From an uncultured Chloroflexia bacterium (GTDB lineage: Bacteria > Chloroflexota > Anaerolineae > B4-G1 > SLSP01), in assembly GCA_963751345.1 (NCBI GenBank), contig CAVVUS010000038.1, positions 1 through 64,000 of the forward strand: a stretch of DNA of 64,000 bases. The letters are read 5' to 3'. The first letter of the stretch is position 1; each line of letters starts with the position of its first letter. Position numbers and translations under genes: made by a program. The notes beneath the pieces were generated by a model that made no database searches, was not told where the DNA came from, and saw only the letters and a program-made list of their open reading frames with translations. Positions 62,462-64,000 of the stretch are shown here, in pieces.

Positions 62462-63341
62462 CTAGCTCCTTGCTCTTACCTGGCGGTTGAGGCTCTCAAC
62501 GTGTGCCGGGTTGTAGGCGTCACCGAACTTGGTCTTGGGCAGGCCGGCCTTCGTCGCCATCAGCGGCGTCGTAGCGATCGTCCTCCAGGAAGGCGACACA
62601 TCGGCCGATACTCGACTCCCCGTCGACGAAGCGCCACGGGAAGAACCCGATCTGCACGCGTTGGTTGACCAGCAGGTCGATCTCCCCGCCGATACACTCG
62701 GCGTGGATGATCCCCTCGGGGAACATCTCGATGTGCATCAACTGATACTTCGTGTCATCGAAGACGTCGGCCAGACCGGCGCCGTACTTCGCCTGGAAGT
62801 GTGCCTCTGCCTCACGCGCCTGGCGCGGCATCCAGTCGCGGATGATGGTGTTCATCGGATGGTCCGCGCTGCCGCAGTCGACGCCGATCCAGCGCAGCTT
62901 CTTCTCCTTGGCCCAGATCGCGAACTCACGGTCGGGTCCGGGGTGCTGGACCATGTAGCGGATCTCGTTGGCGGTCGGCATGTCCCACCCGAAGTGGTGG
63001 AAGCCCGTGTGGATGATCAGGATGTCGCCCTCCTTCACCTCCACCCGATCCTCGATCATCTTCGACGTGTAGATGTCGTAATCTGCGACGACGTCCGAGA
63101 GATCGACGACCGCGGCCTCGTGGACCAGGTAGTCCATCTGAAGGTCGGCGATGTCCTTGCCGGCGGTGAAGAAGTGGATCTCACCGTCGAGATGCGTTCC
63201 CAGGTGGTTGGAGTGGGTCACCACCTGACCGTTGGCGCCGTTGGGCGCCAGTCGCTTGAAGTACTTCACCTGGAGTGGCTCATAGGTCGGCCACGGCGGG
63301 GTACCAATGCCCAGCGGAATAGTAAGGTCCAGTAGCTTCAT
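62462..63341 (-). CDS. Cyclase-family (kynurenine formamidase-like) metal-dependent amidohydrolase, frameshift near 62565
   Basis: LDLT.P, H.GTHLD metal motif, GDILIIHTG, PG, IGVD..S.D, H...F...I...E. Confidence 0.88.
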
Positions 63342-63354
63342 CTCTCACACCCTC

Positions 63355-64000
63355 CTATCGAGTTCTTGGGTCTATGCAGACAGCCTTCAGTGCATCGAAC
63401 GCCTGTTCGAAGCATTCCCGTGGAGCGCGGACGAGTCCGGCCCCCACCATTCCGATGCCCGGTTGCTTGTGGGCGATGCCCGTGTTGATGAAGGGCAGGA
63501 TGCCTGTAGCCATCACCTTGCGCACGTCAATGCCCAGCGGCGTTCCGCGGAAGTCGAGCACGGGCACGGTGAACGACTCGTGCTCTCCAGCCGTGATCTC
63601 GTACATTTCGCTCGTGACACTCAACGCTAGGCTGGCGGTGCCGCCGACAAAGCGCACGATCGCGGGAGCTGCCGCCATCGCAAACCCTCCGAGACCGCCC
63701 GTCTCGGTGATGCTGGAGTCCCCAATGTCGGGGTTGGCATCCTCTGCTGTGAAACCCGGGAGCCACATACCATCGACGACCGGCGCGGGCGCGGTGAACC
63801 ACCGGTCGGGAAGGCCGGCAACGCGTATCCCGAAGTCGGTTCCGTTCCGCGCCATCACGGTGACCAGCGAGCTGCCCTCAACCGTCTCTGCCGGCTCCAG
63901 CATCGCCTTGACCGTAGCCATGGAGAGGTTGAGGAAGAAGTGATCGTTGCTGTCGATGAACCGGAGCACACGGCTGGCGATGGCCTTGGTTGTTACCCCG
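63355..64000 (-). CDS. DUF1116 protein (YlbE/YahG; oxamate carbamoyltransferase subunit AllG-like), 5' part outside the window
   Basis: NDHFFLNL.MA..K, MARNG..FGIR, DIGDS.ITET.GLGG..MA.AP, GIDVRKV...G..P.INTGIAH...G.G..GAG. Confidence 0.85.
   Translation of the reverse strand, partial: GVTTKAIASRVLRFIDSNDHFFLNLSMATVKAMLEPAETVEGSSLVTVMARNGTDFGIRVAGLPDRWFTAPAPVVDGMWLPGFTAEDANPDIGDSSITETGGLGGFAMAAAPAIVRFVGGTASLALSVTSEMYEITAGEHESFTVPVLDFRGTPLGIDVRKVMATGILPFINTGIAHKQPGIGMVGAGLVRAPRECFEQAFDALKAVCIDPRTR

Noticed and set aside
71-63341. Frameshifts in roughly 17 genes as pseudogenes or programmed frameshifting
   Set aside because: They hit essential cysS and unrelated genes alike, look like single-base indels without in-frame stops or other decay, and share no slippery motif. 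Uncorrected long-read error is the simplest explanation; read mapping would confirm.

Overview
GC-rich bacterial chromosomal segment. Gene content (TIGR03663-NHL and GT-C membrane proteins, DegV, LiaF-like, RHH-like pair, REP-like dyads) suggests an anaerobic Chloroflexota/Anaerolineae genome; this is an inference. Many genes, including essential cysS, carry single-base frameshifts that I read as uncorrected long-read errors. In order: an ISNCY/ISAs1-like element; an orphan EgtD-like methyltransferase; a nucleotidyltransferase plus a GHMP-kinase/UDP-sugar-pyrophosphorylase fusion; a B12-dependent diol dehydratase operon (fused large+medium subunit, ilvD, small subunit); a ThuA/Gfo-Idh-MocA/TIM-barrel glycoside locus; housekeeping genes (cysS, pfkA, fni, polyprenyl synthase, acpP, yceD, rpoD, metG, deoC); a hopanoid cluster (shc-DUF116-hpnH-hpnG-hpnA); and two large GT-C-type membrane proteins. 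The strongest candidate for an undescribed system is the operon at 54.8-64 kb: AllG/DUF1116, cyclase-family amidohydrolase, GNAT-like protein, Cys-less thiolase with DUF35, uracil-type NCS2 permease and a three-subunit Mo-hydroxylase, which looks like an anaerobic oxidative pyrimidine (or related nucleobase) degradation route. No tRNA, rRNA or CRISPR array was recognised. All family calls come from motif recognition by eye, not from database searches.
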